A DNA stretch of 63,432 bases from Anaerolineae bacterium (lineage in GTDB: Bacteria; Chloroflexota; Anaerolineae; DTLA01). Location of the stretch: positions 1 through 63,432 of the forward strand of contig DAOTVT010000123.1 in assembly GCA_034436295.1 (NCBI GenBank), given 5' to 3'. The notes beneath the pieces were generated by a model that was given only the letters and a program-made list of their open reading frames with translations, ran no database searches and was not told where the DNA came from. A program made the translations under genes and the position numbers. This document shows, piece after piece, positions 30,275-39,007 of the stretch (within the stretch, counting starts at the first letter, position 1; every line of letters starts with the position of its first letter).

Positions 30275-30665
30275 GACTAGGGCGGCTATCTGCACTGAGT
30301 AGGGCGGCTTTCCATAGCCGCCGGGTGCGGGGAGCAGCGAGTAGGGCGGCTTTCCATAGCCGCCAGCGAGTAGGGCGGCTTTCCATAGCCGCCGGGTGCA
30401 GGCGGCAGGTGCGACGCGCTTTCGGAAGTGCGTCGCACCTAGGGCCACGCTCCGTCCCCATTCGCGTGGATTGGCGTTATTCGCGGTTACAGGCACGTAG
30501 GGCGGCTTTCCGTAGCCGCCGGATGCAGAGGGGCGGGTATGGAAATCTGCCCTACGCGCGCCGGACCCCACCCGCGAATCACACGAAGGGGTTACGTGCG
30601 ACGCACCTCGGAGGTGCGTCGCACGTTGAGCGCGGCGTGGGCTGGGGTCATCCACGGATGACTCG
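30275..30665. repeat. Dense cluster of hairpin modules in the rpsA/DUF3048 divergent intergenic region
   Basis: GTAGGGCGGCTTTCCATAGCCGCC at 30299, 30341 and 30370, with a variant at 30497. GTGCGACGC.. hairpins at 30408..30440 and 30595..30625. ATTCGCG-type triplet at about 30463..30492. Confidence 0.8.
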
Positions 30666-30744
30666 TCGGGATAGCCGTCCTACGCGCTGTACGCCATGAC
30701 TGGACTCGGCCCCCCTTCTGAACCGAATCGGCGGCGGGGCGCGG

Positions 30745-30773
30745 TTGGCGCAAAGCGCGGCGCGTGGTATAAT
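30745..30773 (+). promoter_or_regulatory. Promoter-like TTGGCG-17-TGgTATAAT (extended -10) for the DUF3048 gene
   Basis: TATAAT at 30768..30773, preceded by TGG. Confidence 0.45.
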
Positions 30774-30839
30774 CCGTGCCTGCGCCATCCCACAACCGCA
30801 AAGTGCTTCCGCACAATCCTACCGGAGGGCAGAGATCAG

Positions 30840-31991
30840 ATGAAGCGTTGCCTGCAATGGAGCATCCTGGCGGTGCTCGTGGTCGCCCTGGCGTGGCCAT
30901 TGGCGGGCTGCGGCGGCCCTGCGCCCACGCCAACCCCCACGAAGACGCCGCGCCCCGCCGCGACGGCTACACCCGAACCGCCCACCCCGACGCCCCCGCC
31001 TCCCATCCAGGTCGCGACGCCGACGCCCGAACCGACGCCCGCACTGCCCACGCCGCTGCCCACCGTCGCGGGCAACGTCTGGCCGCTCACCGGCCTGCCC
31101 GTTGCGGACCCGGCGCTGCTGGAGCGCCCGCCCATCGCCGTCAAGATATCCAACTCGCCCCAGGTGCGGCCGCAGTCGGGGCTTCAGGCAGCCGACATCG
31201 TGTTTGAGCACCTGGCCGAGGGCGGCGTAACCCGCTACACCGCCATCTACCACAGCCAAGAGGTGGAGCGCATTGGCTCGGTGCGGAGCGCACGCCTGAT
31301 TGACCTGGAAATCCCCGCCATGTTTCAGTGCGGCCTCATCTATTCAGGCGCCAGCCCCGAAGTTACGCGCCTCATCACGGAGTCGGACTTCGCCGACCGC
31401 GCGCTGTCGGACTGGTTTGGCGCGCCCGTGTTCTACCGCGTGAAGATTCCGGGCCTCGCCTACGAGCACACGCTGTTCACCGACACCAAGACCATCTGGG
31501 ACTACGTCAAAACGAAAGGCTGGTTTGGCAAGCGCGACATTCGGGGGATGCGGTTTGACGCCGCCGTGCCCGCGGGAGGCAAGCCCGTCAGTTCGGTCTT
31601 CATCCCCTACAGCAAGTACTACTCCGACGTAACGTGGACGTGGGATTCCCAGCGGGGCCAGTACCTGCACTCCATTCTCGGCCAACCGCACAAGGACCGC
31701 CTGACGGATCAGCAAATCGGGGCGAACAACGTGGTGATCGTGTACGTCAACCACGTGGAGACGCTCATCGTGGAGGATGAACTCGGCTCCCACTCCATTC
31801 AGATTCAGTTGTGGGGCGAGGGGCGCGCGACGGTCCTGCGCGACGGCAAAGCCTGGGATGTTACCTGGAAGCGGCCCAATCGCCCCGACCCGCTCACCCT
31901 CATCGGCCCCGACGGACAACTGTTCCCGCTGAAGCCCGGCAACACGTGGTACAACACCGTGCCGCTGGACATGAAGGTAACGATGCAGTAG
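30840..31991 (+). CDS. DUF3048 domain lipoprotein (YerB-like)
   Basis: Lipobox LAGC, PT linker, PLTGL....RP.AVKISN....RPQSGL..ADIVFEHLAEGGVTRY. Trimmed to the ATG at 30840 (GGAGGG upstream). Confidence 0.8.
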   Translation: MKRCLQWSILAVLVVALAWPLAGCGGPAPTPTPTKTPRPAATATPEPPTPTPPPPIQVATPTPEPTPALPTPLPTVAGNVWPLTGLPVADPALLERPPIAVKISNSPQVRPQSGLQAADIVFEHLAEGGVTRYTAIYHSQEVERIGSVRSARLIDLEIPAMFQCGLIYSGASPEVTRLITESDFADRALSDWFGAPVFYRVKIPGLAYEHTLFTDTKTIWDYVKTKGWFGKRDIRGMRFDAAVPAGGKPVSSVFIPYSKYYSDVTWTWDSQRGQYLHSILGQPHKDRLTDQQIGANNVVIVYVNHVETLIVEDELGSHSIQIQLWGEGRATVLRDGKAWDVTWKRPNRPDPLTLIGPDGQLFPLKPGNTWYNTVPLDMKVTMQ

Positions 31992-32015
31992 GGGCGACCT
32001 GCGGGTCGCCCCTAC
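31988..32015. repeat. 28-bp palindrome GTAGGGGCGACC-TGCG-GGTCGCCCCTAC between convergent DUF3048 and pgk genes
   Basis: 12-bp perfect stem. It contains the DUF3048 TAG stop codon. Same palindrome as at 44219 and 44459. Confidence 0.85.
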
Positions 32016-32017
32016 AA

Positions 32018-33196
32018 TTACGATCGGTCTGCCAGCGCCGCCACGCCCGGCAGCGTCTTGCCCTCCAGGAACTCCAGCGAGGCGCCGCCGCCCGTGGACA
32101 CGTGCGACACCTTGTCGGCGACACCCGCCTGCTCCACCGCCGCGGCCGAGTCGCCGCCGCCGATGATGGTAACGGCGCCGGGCAGTTTGGCCAGCGCGCG
32201 CGCAATGGCGAAGGTCCCCTCCGCAAAGCGCGGGAACTCAAAGACCCCCATCGGCCCGTTCCACACCACCGTCTTGGCCCCGCGCAGCGCCTTGGAGTAA
32301 GCCTTCACGGTCTCCGGGCCGATGTCCAGGATGCGCCACCCCGCAGGCACCTGCCCTACCGGCACGACTTTGGCCTCGGCGTCGGCGGCGAAGGCATTGG
32401 CCACCACGGCGTCCGTCGGGAGCAGAATCCGGCCCGCGCCCTGCGCCAGCAACTCCTTGGCGATGGCGACGCTGTCCTCTTCCACCAGCGACTCCGCCAC
32501 ATCGTAGCCCTGCGCCTTCAGGAACGTGTTGGCCATCCCGCCCCCGATGAGGAGCCGATCCACCTTGCCCAGGAGGTTCTTGACAACGCCGATCTTGTCG
32601 GAAATCTTCGCGCCGCCGAGGATGGCCACAAAGGGCCGGCTAGGAGCCTCCAGCGCGCGGCTCAGGTAGTCAATCTCCTTCTCCATGAGGAACCCCGCCA
32701 CGGCCGGCAGGTAAGCCGCCACCCCTGCCGTGGACGCATGGGCGCGGTGCGCCGTGCCGAACGCATCGTTCACGTACAGGTCGGCCAGGGCCGCCAACTT
32801 CCGGCTGAACTCGGGATCGTTGGCCTCCTCCTCGGCGTGGAAGCGCAGGTTCTCCAGCATGAGCACCTCGCCCGGCTTGAGCGCCGCCACCGCCGCCTCG
32901 GCCTCAGGCCCGACGCACTCGCCCACGAAGGCCACCGGCATTCCCAGCAACTCGCCCAGGCGCTTGGCCACGGGCCGAAGGCTGAATTCGGGCGTCGGCT
33001 TCCCCTTGGGCCTGCCCAGGTGCGAGGCGAGGATAACCCGCGCCTTGTGGTCCAGCAGGTAGCGGATGGTGGGCACGGCCGCCACGATGCGGGTATCATC
33101 GCGCACCTCTCCGCCTTCCAGCGGCACGTTGAAATCCACGCGCACCAGCACGCGCTTTCCGCTCACAGGCACATCGCGAATGGTCTTCTTGTTCAT
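32018..33196 (-). CDS. pgk: Phosphoglycerate kinase
   Basis: RVDFNVP, GGG.ANTF and STGGGA motifs along the full length. Confidence 0.95.
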   Translation of the reverse strand: MNKKTIRDVPVSGKRVLVRVDFNVPLEGGEVRDDTRIVAAVPTIRYLLDHKARVILASHLGRPKGKPTPEFSLRPVAKRLGELLGMPVAFVGECVGPEAEAAVAALKPGEVLMLENLRFHAEEEANDPEFSRKLAALADLYVNDAFGTAHRAHASTAGVAAYLPAVAGFLMEKEIDYLSRALEAPSRPFVAILGGAKISDKIGVVKNLLGKVDRLLIGGGMANTFLKAQGYDVAESLVEEDSVAIAKELLAQGAGRILLPTDAVVANAFAADAEAKVVPVGQVPAGWRILDIGPETVKAYSKALRGAKTVVWNGPMGVFEFPRFAEGTFAIARALAKLPGAVTIIGGGDSAAAVEQAGVADKVSHVSTGGGASLEFLEGKTLPGVAALADRS

Positions 33197-33251
33197 CGTC
33201 CGTTCTCCCTCGGTAATCCGTTTGTGCTACAATTCACGAAGTAGTATACCC

Positions 33252-34541
33252 TTATTCGCCCTTCTCGCAAAACTCAATGAGCCAGCGAGCCAGTTTCTCC
33301 GAGTCGTGCCGCCATGGGCGTTCCCGGTCCACCAGGTCGGCCTTGTACACGCGATACGGCGCATCCGGAGGATATTCCGGGCGCACCCAGGCGACTCCCG
33401 GCACGTTGGGCAGGGATTCCGTCAGGTTGTCGTTGGCGAGCACGTTGGGGAAGACGTCGGGCCCCACGTGGCGCTGCAACGCCGCGACGTGATCGGCCAG
33501 GGTGTAGCCCTCGGTCTCGCCGCGCTGGGTAGCCACGTTGCACACGTAGATTTTCTTGGCGCGCGACGCCCGCACCGCCCGGACGATATCCGGCACCAGA
33601 AGGTTGGGCAGCACGCTGGTGTACAGGCTGCCGGGGCCCGCGACGATCAGGTCGGCCTCCAGGATGGCCCGCAGCGCCCCCGGGTACGCGGGGACATCGC
33701 CCGGCTGGAGAAACACCCGCTCAATGGGCCGGCCGCTCTCCGGAATCTGCGACTCGCCTTCCACGACCGCCGGCAGTTCCTCGCCCTCGTCTTTCAGTTC
33801 CGCCACCAGGGTAACGTTCTCCAGGGTAGAGGGAAGAATCTGCCCGCGCACCGCCAGGACTTTGCTGGATTCCAGCAGCGCCCGCTCAAAGTTGCCCGTT
33901 ACGCCCGCCATCGCGACGATGAACAGGTTGCCGAAACTGTGCCCGTTCAGGCCCTCGCCCTCGCTGAACCGATACTGAAACAGTTGCGTGGTGAGCGACT
34001 CGGCGTCGGCGAGAGCGGTCAGGCAGTTGCGGAAATCGCCGGGAGGCAGCACCCCCAGTTGTCGGCGCAGCCTGCCGGAACTCCCGCCGTCGTCGGCGAC
34101 GGTAACGATGGCCGTGATGTTCTGCGTGTGTTCCTTCAGCCCGCGCAGCAGGGTGGACAAGCCGGTGCCGCCGCCGATGGCCACAATCTTGGGGCCGCGC
34201 TCCCGCTGCCAGTGCCTGTACACCGCCTCGGCGACGTTTTCGTGCCCGGGACGCAGGAACGCCGCCAGCAGCGAACGGTTGAGTTGGTAGATGGCGACGG
34301 CGATGGCCGTAAGCCCCAGCACGCCGAACAGAAGCCCGCGCCACTGCCGCCCGATGAATTGCAGCGTGAGGTAGTAGAACACCGGCGGAAACGTCCACCG
34401 CACGTAGATTTCCCGCAGGAGGTAGGCCACGCCCAGGCCCACGATGGTCGTGCCCAGCAGCAGCAACAGGAGCCAGCGCTTCACGTGCATGCCGGGCGCC
34501 AGCCATCGCAGGGCCGAACGGATTTGGCTTCGGGGTTTCAC
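33252..34541 (-). CDS. yvcK: YvcK/CofD-family gluconeogenesis factor with N-terminal TM segments
   Basis: IVAIGGGTGLSTLLRGLK...TAIVTVADDGGSSGRLR motif. GTG start with GGAG upstream. Confidence 0.85.
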   Translation of the reverse strand: MKPRSQIRSALRWLAPGMHVKRWLLLLLLGTTIVGLGVAYLLREIYVRWTFPPVFYYLTLQFIGRQWRGLLFGVLGLTAIAVAIYQLNRSLLAAFLRPGHENVAEAVYRHWQRERGPKIVAIGGGTGLSTLLRGLKEHTQNITAIVTVADDGGSSGRLRRQLGVLPPGDFRNCLTALADAESLTTQLFQYRFSEGEGLNGHSFGNLFIVAMAGVTGNFERALLESSKVLAVRGQILPSTLENVTLVAELKDEGEELPAVVEGESQIPESGRPIERVFLQPGDVPAYPGALRAILEADLIVAGPGSLYTSVLPNLLVPDIVRAVRASRAKKIYVCNVATQRGETEGYTLADHVAALQRHVGPDVFPNVLANDNLTESLPNVPGVAWVRPEYPPDAPYRVYKADLVDRERPWRHDSEKLARWLIEFCEKGE

Positions 34542-34579
34542 GGGCCACTCCTAGCGATGAAAGTCTCCCACACGCCCAG

Positions 34580-34607
34580 ATTATAGGTCGGGCCGCGCCT
34601 TTGTCAA
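34580..34607 (-). promoter_or_regulatory. Promoter TTGACA-16-TATAAT for yvcK
   Basis: Perfect hexamers. -10 at 34580..34585. Confidence 0.5.
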
Positions 34608-34680
34608 AGCGGACGGCGCATCGGGCGCATTCCGGCCATGGGGCGGCTTTCCAGGGCCGCCGGACATGGGGGTTCTACCG

Positions 34681-34839
34681 CCGAGGATGCCACGCACGCG
34701 GCGAACCAAGGAACCGCGAATCCACGCGAATGGACGCGAATTTGCCCCCAGCCCGCAGGGCTTCGCACCTCGCCCCCAGCCTTCGGCTTCCCCCTCTCCG
34801 CCAGCGGAGAGGGGGAACGAGGGGGTGAGGTCGGCATGC
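34681..34839 (+). repeat. Family-A interspersed element, copy 2
   Basis: Aligns by eye with 6623..6782 over about 160 bp with few substitutions. Confidence 0.8.
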
Positions 34840-34945
34840 CCGCAGGGCTTTGCCCATCTAGCCCGATGCTTCAGCGTCGGGCGGGGGGACGCGCGGGGCT
34901 GAACCCCCGCGCTGAGGGAGCGAAGCCCCTTCGGGGCTCCGAGTC
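34840..34945. repeat. Hairpin modules (GCCCGA-N10-TCGGGC, GCGCGGGG-N6-CCCCGCGC, GAAGCCCC-TTCG-GGGCTC)
   Basis: The same modules recur at 190..245 and at 44188..44212 and 44577..44598. Confidence 0.65.
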
Positions 34946-34951
34946 GCGGCT

Positions 34952-35185
34952 TCACGCCGTCAGGGCCAGTGCGGCCACGGCCTCTTGCGGCAACTCCAGA
35001 CGGATGAAGTAATCCGCTGGGTACAGGTAATCCTCGCCGGATTCGTCAATGACCCTCACATAGCCGTCTTTAGCCGCAGACTCATCCTCAAGGAGTTGGT
35101 ACACCTTGCGCAACTCCAGGTCTTCAGCGCCTTCGTTGCGGATGCAGAGCACGAATTGAGGCTCCGATTGAGTCTTTCTAATCAT
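34952..35185 (-). CDS. Small hypothetical protein (77 aa)
   Basis: ATG 19 nt after the PfkB stop. Balanced composition with a VRVIDESGEDYLYP core. No family name recalled. Confidence 0.5.
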   Translation of the reverse strand: MIRKTQSEPQFVLCIRNEGAEDLELRKVYQLLEDESAAKDGYVRVIDESGEDYLYPADYFIRLELPQEAVAALALTA

Positions 35186-35204
35186 CGCTAATCCAGAAAT
35201 TGGG

Positions 35205-36098
35205 CTACCGCAACACCCTCACCGGCAGCGTCGCGGCGAATGCCTCAATCTCCCCCAGTGGGCGGCGAAGCGGGCCGGGCTGCGACAGTTTCAGCGACGT
35301 GGCGGCGGCGGCGAAGCGGCAGGCCTCGTCCGGCTCGCGCGTCAGGCGGCGGGCCAGGTAGGTGGAGATGCACGTGTCGCCGCGCCCTGTGCGCCCGCTG
35401 AGGTTCTCGGCGACGAACGGCGACTGGTACACCTTCCCCTCCGCCCACACCGTAACGCCCGAGGCGTGAGTGAGGACGATTTCCTTCGGCCCGTAGGCGG
35501 CGACCTGCGGGAGCGCGGCGAGCGGGTCGGTCTCGCCCGTCAGCGCCTCGGCCTCGGCCTGGTCCAACTTCAGCGTGTGGACGAGCGCCAGCCCCTCGCG
35601 CCGCTCCGGCCACTCTTCGGTGGGCAGGTCGTTGCCGCGGGGGACGCGCACGAAACCCTGGATGTCCAGCGCGATCTTCGCCTTGCGGGCAAATCGTTTC
35701 ACCAAATCCAGGGATACAATGCCCGCCATGATGGGTCCGATGAACACGTACCGGCCGTTCCAGCGCGGGAGGTCGTCCAGGTCAAAAAGCCCGGCGTGGC
35801 CGATGGGATGGCAGATGCGCCTGTCCATGTCGGCGGTGTTGTAGATGTTCTCAATGCCCGAGGTCTGGGGCGCGGCCTGAGCGTACACGGCGATGCCTTC
35901 GGCCTTGAGTTCGTCCAGCAACACGAGGTCCGACGGGTGCAATCGCGTGATGACGCCGGTGCGGATTCCGAGCCGCGCCACCGCGACCGCGCCGTAGTAC
36001 ACCGAGCCGCCCGATGCGACCACGCGCTCCTGCCCGTGAACGAGGACATCTTTGGCGAAGTCGCCGACGAAGAGGATGTCAAATTTGGGTTGCGGCAT
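35205..36098 (-). CDS. PfkB-family carbohydrate kinase
   Basis: N-terminal GG motif region and C-terminal GRTGRGDT (PfkB signature 2-like). Confidence 0.85.
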   Translation of the reverse strand: MPQPKFDILFVGDFAKDVLVHGQERVVASGGSVYYGAVAVARLGIRTGVITRLHPSDLVLLDELKAEGIAVYAQAAPQTSGIENIYNTADMDRRICHPIGHAGLFDLDDLPRWNGRYVFIGPIMAGIVSLDLVKRFARKAKIALDIQGFVRVPRGNDLPTEEWPERREGLALVHTLKLDQAEAEALTGETDPLAALPQVAAYGPKEIVLTHASGVTVWAEGKVYQSPFVAENLSGRTGRGDTCISTYLARRLTREPDEACRFAAAATSLKLSQPGPLRRPLGEIEAFAATLPVRVLR

Positions 36099-36101
36099 AT
36101 G

Positions 36102-37190
36102 TTACCTCACGGCGCAGATGAGGCTTTCCAGGATGATGCGGCATCGTTCGTAGGGGAGGTGCACGTACACGGCTTGGCCGTTTTCAAACCGCTCCGCGCC
36201 GTGCGTCTGCACGCGGATTTCCACGCCCTGCACGTCCACGCGGTAGTCAAACTTGTCGCCCAGGTAGGTGCTCTTGGCGATGGTGCCGGCAACCTCGTTG
36301 GGCCGTCTGTCGCCCTCGGCGGCGCGCAGGCGGACGTCGTTGGGGCGGATGAACAGGAGCACGTCCAGCCCCACGTGCACCGATTCCACGGGAGGGACGG
36401 CGATGCGTTCGCCCTGAACGTCCAGCACGACGCGCTCGCTCTCCACCGCGACGACCTTCGCGGGGATGAAGTCGGAGAGGCCGATGAAGTCGGCCACGAA
36501 CTTGGTGGCGGGGTGGTCGTAGATTTCCGCCGGCGTGCCCACCTGTTGCACGCACCCCTTGTTCATCACGGCCACCCGATCCGACAGCGCCAGGGCCTCT
36601 TCCTGGTCGTGGGTAACGTACACCGCGGTAATCCCCAGGCGCTTCTGCAGGTCTTTGATCTCAAACCGCATCTCTTCGCGCAGTTTGGCGTCCAGGTTGG
36701 AGAGCGGCTCGTCCAGGAGCAGGACTTTGGGCCGGTACACCAGCGCCCGCGCCAGGCCCACCCGCTGCTGTTGCCCGCCCGACAGTTGCCGGGGGTAATG
36801 CTTCTCGTACCCCTCCAGCCGCACCAGTTTGAGCGCGTCTTTCACCATGGCCGCGCGCTCGGCCTTGTTCATGCCCCGAATCATGAGGGGGAATTCCACG
36901 TTCTCAAACACCGTCATGTGCGGGAACAGCGCGAAGTTCTGGAACACCATGCCCAGTTCCCGCCGATGGGTGGGCACGTCCGTAACGTCCTTGCCGTCAA
37001 TGAGCACGCGCCCCTCGTCGGGGATGTTCTGCCCGGTGATGCAGCGCAGGGCGGTCGTCTTGCCGCAACCGCTGGGGCCGAGCAGCGTCATCAGTTCGCC
37101 CCGGCGGATGCGGAGCGTTACATGGTCATTGGCAACGATGTTGCCGTAGCGTTTGGTTACATCCACCAACTCAATCATCCAGTCGGACAT
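36102..37190 (-). CDS. ABC transporter ATP-binding protein (PotA/FbpC-like with C-terminal TOBE-like domain)
   Basis: GPSGCGKTT, LSGGQQQR and LLLDEPLS motifs. Confidence 0.9.
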   Translation of the reverse strand: MSDWMIELVDVTKRYGNIVANDHVTLRIRRGELMTLLGPSGCGKTTALRCITGQNIPDEGRVLIDGKDVTDVPTHRRELGMVFQNFALFPHMTVFENVEFPLMIRGMNKAERAAMVKDALKLVRLEGYEKHYPRQLSGGQQQRVGLARALVYRPKVLLLDEPLSNLDAKLREEMRFEIKDLQKRLGITAVYVTHDQEEALALSDRVAVMNKGCVQQVGTPAEIYDHPATKFVADFIGLSDFIPAKVVAVESERVVLDVQGERIAVPPVESVHVGLDVLLFIRPNDVRLRAAEGDRRPNEVAGTIAKSTYLGDKFDYRVDVQGVEIRVQTHGAERFENGQAVYVHLPYERCRIILESLICAVR

Positions 37191-37220
37191 CGGGACCTCC
37201 GATGAGGGTATGCTAGAATA

Positions 37221-38057
37221 TTACACGCCCTTGAAGCCGCCCACCAGTTTTTCCGGCTGCACCTGGCGCTGGATCATGAACAGCACGAAGAGCGAGGGGA
37301 TGATCAGGATCATGGAGAGGGCGCTGGTTACTTCCCAGTAGCCCTCGCCGACGGCCAGGTAGGTGCGCACGGGCAGGGTGATGGTCTTCGGGCCGTAGGT
37401 CATCAGGGTCAGCGTGAACTCGTTGTACGAGGTCGTGAAGGTGAAGATGATGGACGACAGAATGCCCGGCATGACCAGCGGGAGCGTGATGTGGAAGAAC
37501 GTGCGCAGGTTGTTGGCGCCGCACACGCTGGCCGCTTCCAGCACGCGCTCGTCCAGGCCCTCAAACGTGGACGAGAGCACGAGGATGGCGTAGGGCGCGC
37601 AGATGGCCACGTGGGCGATGGCAACGCCTATGTGAGTGTCAATCAGGTGCAGGCGATAGAAAATCTGGGCCACGCCCAGGGCATAGGCGATGGGCGGGAT
37701 CATTCGGGGTAGGAGGATGGTTGACATAATGGCTTCTTTGCCCGGGATTCTCCGCCGGCCCAGCGCCCAGCCCGTCGGGATGGCGATCAGCGTGGAGATG
37801 CCCACGGCGATGCCTGCGATGACCAGCGTGTTTCGCAGCACCTCTGGGATGTTGGTTACGGTGATGGCCCAGGTGTACCAGTCCAGCGTCAACTCCGGCG
37901 GGAACCACAGTTTGCCGAACCAGTTGCGGCCCACGGATTTCAGCAGGATCATCAGGAAGGGCGTGGTAACCCAGAGGAAGAAGCACAGCAGGAACGTGTA
38001 GGCCAGCAGTTTCTTGGCGTTGAGCAGGGCTTTCAGGTATTGGCGCAGGGTTTTCAT
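37221..38057 (-). CDS. ABC transporter permease
   Basis: Six hydrophobic segments, with an EAA-like loop (LEAASVCGAN..RTFF.ITLP). Confidence 0.85.
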   Translation of the reverse strand: MKTLRQYLKALLNAKKLLAYTFLLCFFLWVTTPFLMILLKSVGRNWFGKLWFPPELTLDWYTWAITVTNIPEVLRNTLVIAGIAVGISTLIAIPTGWALGRRRIPGKEAIMSTILLPRMIPPIAYALGVAQIFYRLHLIDTHIGVAIAHVAICAPYAILVLSSTFEGLDERVLEAASVCGANNLRTFFHITLPLVMPGILSSIIFTFTTSYNEFTLTLMTYGPKTITLPVRTYLAVGEGYWEVTSALSMILIIPSLFVLFMIQRQVQPEKLVGGFKGV

Positions 38058-38911
38058 GATGCCGTCGGTCTCCTTAGCACGCGCATGTAGAAGGTGAGGA
38101 ACACCAGTTGGAGCAGCGCCATGACAACGGCCATGGCGCTGGCGGCTTCCCAGCGCGCCGGCGTGAACACCTCAATCTGCTTGTAAATCTGCACGGCCAG
38201 CGGGCGGTAACTGCCGCCGGTGATGAGCGGGATGCTGAACGCGCCGAAGGCCGCCATGAAGGTCAGCACCGATCCCGCGAGGATGCCCGGCATGATGAGG
38301 GGAATCACGATGTGGCGGAGCACCTGCCAGGGACTGGCTCCGGCCACCCGCGCCGCCTCCTCAAACGCAGGGTCAAGCCCCTCCAGCGTGGACAGGGTGG
38401 TAACGGCCGTGTACGAGAAATAATGCCACACGTAGAAGATGACCAATCCCGTGAGCGTGTAGTTGATCTTGACGGGCTGATCCACGACGTGCAGGCCCTG
38501 CGTTAGCAGGAGGTTGAGCCAGCCGCGGCTGCCGTAGAACAGCAGCAGTCCCAACGCGCCCACCAGTCCGGGGACCGTGATGGGAACCAGGATGGTCAGG
38601 CGGAACAGCCGATGCCCCGCGAGTTTCTGGCGCAGGAGCAGCGTCAGCGGCACGGACAGCAGAATGGACAGCACGGTACATGCGATGGCCAGGAAGAACG
38701 TCAGCCCAATCACCTGCCGCGCGGAAGCCTGTCCCAGAAAACTCGTGTAGTGCTGAATTGTCCAGCCCGTGGTGAGACCTTCGGGGCGAAAACTGCGGAC
38801 GACGGTTACCAACATCGGGTAGAAGAACAGGCCGAAGAAACTGGCAAAGCCCGGCAGGAGCATCAGTAGGCTCATCAATCCGTAACGATGCTTCTTGAAG
38901 AAAGAAGCCAT
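38054..38911 (-). CDS. ABC transporter permease
   Basis: EAA-like loop (FEEAARVAGASPWQVLRHIVIPL). Trimmed to the ATG at 38911 (AAGGAGG upstream). 4-nt overlap with the next permease. Confidence 0.85.
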   Translation of the reverse strand: MASFFKKHRYGLMSLLMLLPGFASFFGLFFYPMLVTVVRSFRPEGLTTGWTIQHYTSFLGQASARQVIGLTFFLAIACTVLSILLSVPLTLLLRQKLAGHRLFRLTILVPITVPGLVGALGLLLFYGSRGWLNLLLTQGLHVVDQPVKINYTLTGLVIFYVWHYFSYTAVTTLSTLEGLDPAFEEAARVAGASPWQVLRHIVIPLIMPGILAGSVLTFMAAFGAFSIPLITGGSYRPLAVQIYKQIEVFTPARWEAASAMAVVMALLQLVFLTFYMRVLRRPTAS

Positions 38912-39007
38912 GATCCCCGGTGCCTCCTTGGTGGATACGGTCGCGACACGCCCGAGAACGGTCTGGGCGTCCACGCGGGACGCCCAGACCGCGCAGGGAC
39001 TCACCCG

